The notes under the pieces are model-generated. The model worked only from the letters and a program-made list of their open reading frames with translations. It was not told the DNA's origin and ran no database searches. This document shows positions 16,016 through 18,753 of a DNA stretch of 18,753 bases, in pieces (within the stretch, counting starts at the first letter, position 1; each line of letters opens with the position of its first letter). The translations under genes were made by a program, and so were the position numbers. Origin of the DNA: Campylobacterota bacterium (GTDB lineage: Bacteria > Campylobacterota > Campylobacteria > Campylobacterales > Sulfurimonadaceae). Location: positions 1 to 18,753 of the forward strand of contig JAYEKO010000033.1 of assembly GCA_034661055.1 (NCBI GenBank), in the 5' to 3' direction.

Positions 16016-18631
16016 ATGCAAAATAGACTTTTAAAAACTACATGTATAGTTTCAATACTATTCTCTTTATCTTATGCCAAAAGTGAAGTTTACAACGCTC
16101 TAACCTCACAAAAAAGCTACACCATTACAGGAACGTTTGGTCAGCACGACTTTGCCGATGCTGATGCAGCGTTTGATTGGGCTTTTACCCTTAAGTCAAA
16201 TTCTAAGTCCTATCAACTTCAAGGTAATGAAGCTACCGATGACAATGTTTTTGGCTGGGAAGAGGTCAACATTGACACCCCATCTCCGGCATGGTATATG
16301 TTTGCACTTGGTGGCGATGTTGACCGTGATGGTACGCTAAAATACGACTGGATCTTAGCAGGAGTCACAACCAAAGCAGTCTATAAACTCGCTGGTGTTT
16401 CGCAAAGTGGTAATTTTTTATATTCTGAGCCTATTAACATTAACTACAGTGTTAATGGTAACACCATCACCTTTGGTCAAAATCCCGATGCACCTATAGC
16501 TGAAAATATTTCTCTAAAGGCAGATGCTGCTACTCCATATATGCAAATTAATCTTATTGCTACTGACCCCAATGGCAATAAAGTAAGCTACTTTCTTGAC
16601 TCTAAGATGATTGGTGATGAAGGTTCAGGCTATACACTGGCATTTATTGAAGATGGCACCAACACACTCTATATTACATTTGATGATAACACTTCAAAAG
16701 TAGTAGAACTCTCTTATGTCGCTAGCGATGGACAGTTCTTTAGCGACAGTGCCACGGTGACCATTACCAAAGGAGAAGTGAGCAGTTATGGCTATGGTGC
16801 CAACGAGATTTCACCAGAGGAGTATGGGCATATTTCTCTTGCCTACTTTGATGGCTCTCGTTATGGAACCGTGGGCATAGACGAACTTGACTACCCAACA
16901 TCAATTGATCTTTCATCTAGTATGCCACTGCCTGGAAATCAGGGAAACCAAAATAGCTGTGTTGCTTGGGCAGTGGGATATTCATTAAAAAGTTACCATG
17001 AAAAGATGGAAGTTCAGTGGAGTTTAGACACTCCAAAAACAATCTTTAGTCCTTCATGGATCTACAATCAGATTAATGGTGCAAAAGATAACGGCTCAAG
17101 CATTAGAGATGCCATGGAGTTAATCAAGCTAAAAGGTGCTGCTACTATGTCAACCATGCCTTATACGGACAAAGACTACTTAGCAAAACCCTCTCAAGAA
17201 GCCATTAATGAAGCACAAAACTTCAAGGCAGTTAAATATAGACGCATTGGTGGTTCTAAGCAGATTAAAGCTGCTCTTGCCAATAGACAACCCGTTGTTA
17301 TCATCATTAAGACCTATGACTCTTTTAATGCATTAGATGGTGATGACTCGGTGTACTCCACGTTTAGTGGTGAATTTAGAGGAAATCACGGGGTCACAAT
17401 TGTAGGGTACGATGACAGTAAATATGGCGGTGCGTTTAAAATCATTAACTCATGGGGACGAAATTGGGGTAGTAAAGGCTACTTCTGGCTTCCTTACAGC
17501 AGTGTCAAAGATGTTGTTCGCTCAAGTTATGTTCTCTCAGATGCTCCCAATGGTGAGGAGATCATTGTTGACATACCAACAAAACCAGTAGATGAGAAGC
17601 TTCCAAATCTTCAAGTAGGATCGTGGCAGGTTGACTACAATGCTCAAGGAGGTTCACTTCAGTTTGCAGTGGTAAACTCTGGAAACTCCATAGCCTACCC
17701 AGGTGCTGATATTAACCTGATGTTCTCCAAGGATGCGACTATTAACTCATCTGATTACTATTTAGTTTATGAGACCATAGAGACAGCACTTGCTCCTGGT
17801 ATGGCTATATATAGAGAAGAAGGTAATGCTAGAGAATTTCTCTTTCCTCAAAACATGGAAGCAGGCGACTACTACATGGCAATGTGGGTAGATGATTTAG
17901 ATGTTATTGCTGAGTCTAATGAGAGTGATAATAAGTCCCTATCTGAATTTGGAACTATCACCGTTGAAGACTTTAACCTCCCCGACCTCTCCATTGATTG
18001 GTGGTTTACAGAGTACACCGATGATGGTGTTGGTGCTCTTGTCTATGAGGTAAGTAACATCGGAACAGCAGATACTGATGAAAATTTTGACATTAGCTTA
18101 ATCCTCTCTAGTGATGAGTATTTAACTGAAAACTCGACAGGGTTTTATGTTTATGTTGAACCGGTTACCTTTACGTTAGAGCCGGGAACCTCTGCTGCAC
18201 GAGATCTTGATAGTGTCGCAATATACAACCTCTTTGTAGCACCCGATGGTACTCAAGTAACTGCTGGGGAGTACTATGTGATTTTATTTGTTGATTCACT
18301 AGAGAATATTACTGAGAGCAATGAGCTTAACAACTACTCTGTCTCAAATGATGGTGTCAATATATCTTATGAGACTCAAAAACGCAGTGCAACAACCACT
18401 TCTAGCACAAAAGCCCACTTTAATGGAACCCACATGTTACATGGTGCCAACAAGCTAATTCAAAAAGTGCGTATAAGTTATGATGAAAATGGAAAAAGAG
18501 AGGTTCGTGCCATTAAAAATAATCTACATGTAAAAAAAGAGCTATCTACTCAAAAACAGCCCTATACCAAACAGATTACATCACGCAATCAACTTATTTT
18601 CCCTATTACAAAAAGTGTTCCTATGCCGTAA
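16016..18631 (+). CDS. Secreted papain-family (C1A) cysteine protease: shared domain, cadherin/Ig-like domain, protease, 2x CARDB, basic tail
   Basis: Signal peptide. QGNQNSCVAWA (Q309, C315), NHGVTIVGYDD (H458), IINSWGRNWG.KGY (N478). Two LP(N/D)L...N.G...AG(D/E)YY...VD...I.ESNE..N CARDB-like units (about 17600-17938 and 17978-18340). AAGGAG RBS. Confidence 0.92.
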   Translation: MQNRLLKTTCIVSILFSLSYAKSEVYNALTSQKSYTITGTFGQHDFADADAAFDWAFTLKSNSKSYQLQGNEATDDNVFGWEEVNIDTPSPAWYMFALGGDVDRDGTLKYDWILAGVTTKAVYKLAGVSQSGNFLYSEPININYSVNGNTITFGQNPDAPIAENISLKADAATPYMQINLIATDPNGNKVSYFLDSKMIGDEGSGYTLAFIEDGTNTLYITFDDNTSKVVELSYVASDGQFFSDSATVTITKGEVSSYGYGANEISPEEYGHISLAYFDGSRYGTVGIDELDYPTSIDLSSSMPLPGNQGNQNSCVAWAVGYSLKSYHEKMEVQWSLDTPKTIFSPSWIYNQINGAKDNGSSIRDAMELIKLKGAATMSTMPYTDKDYLAKPSQEAINEAQNFKAVKYRRIGGSKQIKAALANRQPVVIIIKTYDSFNALDGDDSVYSTFSGEFRGNHGVTIVGYDDSKYGGAFKIINSWGRNWGSKGYFWLPYSSVKDVVRSSYVLSDAPNGEEIIVDIPTKPVDEKLPNLQVGSWQVDYNAQGGSLQFAVVNSGNSIAYPGADINLMFSKDATINSSDYYLVYETIETALAPGMAIYREEGNAREFLFPQNMEAGDYYMAMWVDDLDVIAESNESDNKSLSEFGTITVEDFNLPDLSIDWWFTEYTDDGVGALVYEVSNIGTADTDENFDISLILSSDEYLTENSTGFYVYVEPVTFTLEPGTSAARDLDSVAIYNLFVAPDGTQVTAGEYYVILFVDSLENITESNELNNYSVSNDGVNISYETQKRSATTTSSTKAHFNGTHMLHGANKLIQKVRISYDENGKREVRAIKNNLHVKKELSTQKQPYTKQITSRNQLIFPITKSVPMP

Positions 18632-18657
18632 CTAAAGGAGCAATCCTTTAGTTATTT
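18629..18657. terminator. Intrinsic terminator hairpin between convergent genes
   Basis: TAACTAAAGGA-GCAA-TCCTTTAGTTA: perfect 11-bp stem with a GNRA tetraloop, followed by TTT, filling the gap between the two stop codons. Confidence 0.8.
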
Positions 18658-18753
18658 ACATGAAAACCTGACGACGGCGCATCATGTAAAGTGCCATAGC
18701 CAACATAGAGAGTATCATAAGAATACGTCCCCATTCACTTAATGTTGGAACGG
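18656..18753 (-). CDS. 3' end of a gene with an IPTL-CTERM protein-sorting signal (runs off the window)
   Basis: Minus strand 18751-18656 translates as VPTLSEWGRILMILSMLAMALYMMRRRQVFM*: a [IV]PTLSEWG motif, a TM helix and an RRR cluster. Not in the ORF track. Confidence 0.88.
   Translation of the reverse strand, partial: VPTLSEWGRILMILSMLAMALYMMRRRQVFM

Noticed and set aside
15154..16340. Similar-looking alternate-frame ORFs 15154-15339 and 16137-16340 (TMFLDGKR / TMFLAGKR)
   Set aside because: Their similarity is a by-product of the DNA homology between the two domain X copies. There is no independent coding evidence.

Overview
AT-rich bacterial window, very likely Campylobacterota (Sulfurimonas/Sulfurovum-like), judged from the HQWKQP kinase H-box, TGnTATAAT promoters and the nif3-zinc ribbon-waaA-rlu gene order. 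The left two thirds are mostly ordinary: a 5'-truncated 7TM-type sensor kinase with an OmpR-type regulator, a convergent MFP-RND-TolC efflux operon, and a minus-strand run of TPR protein, Nif3, C4 zinc-ribbon protein, waaA and an RluA-family pseudouridine synthase. The right third looks accessory. It holds a stand-alone HerA/FtsK-superfamily ATPase and a probably leaderless hicAB cassette bracketed by an 11-bp direct repeat. Next is a two-gene operon of secreted proteins, a Sel1-repeat protein and a papain-like (C1A) protease with two CARDB domains, which share an unrecognised ~125-aa domain at about 50% identity. At the right edge is the 3' end of a convergent gene missing from the ORF track that ends in an IPTL-CTERM (exosortase H) sorting signal. 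The best candidate for an undescribed system is the shared-domain protease/Sel1 pair.
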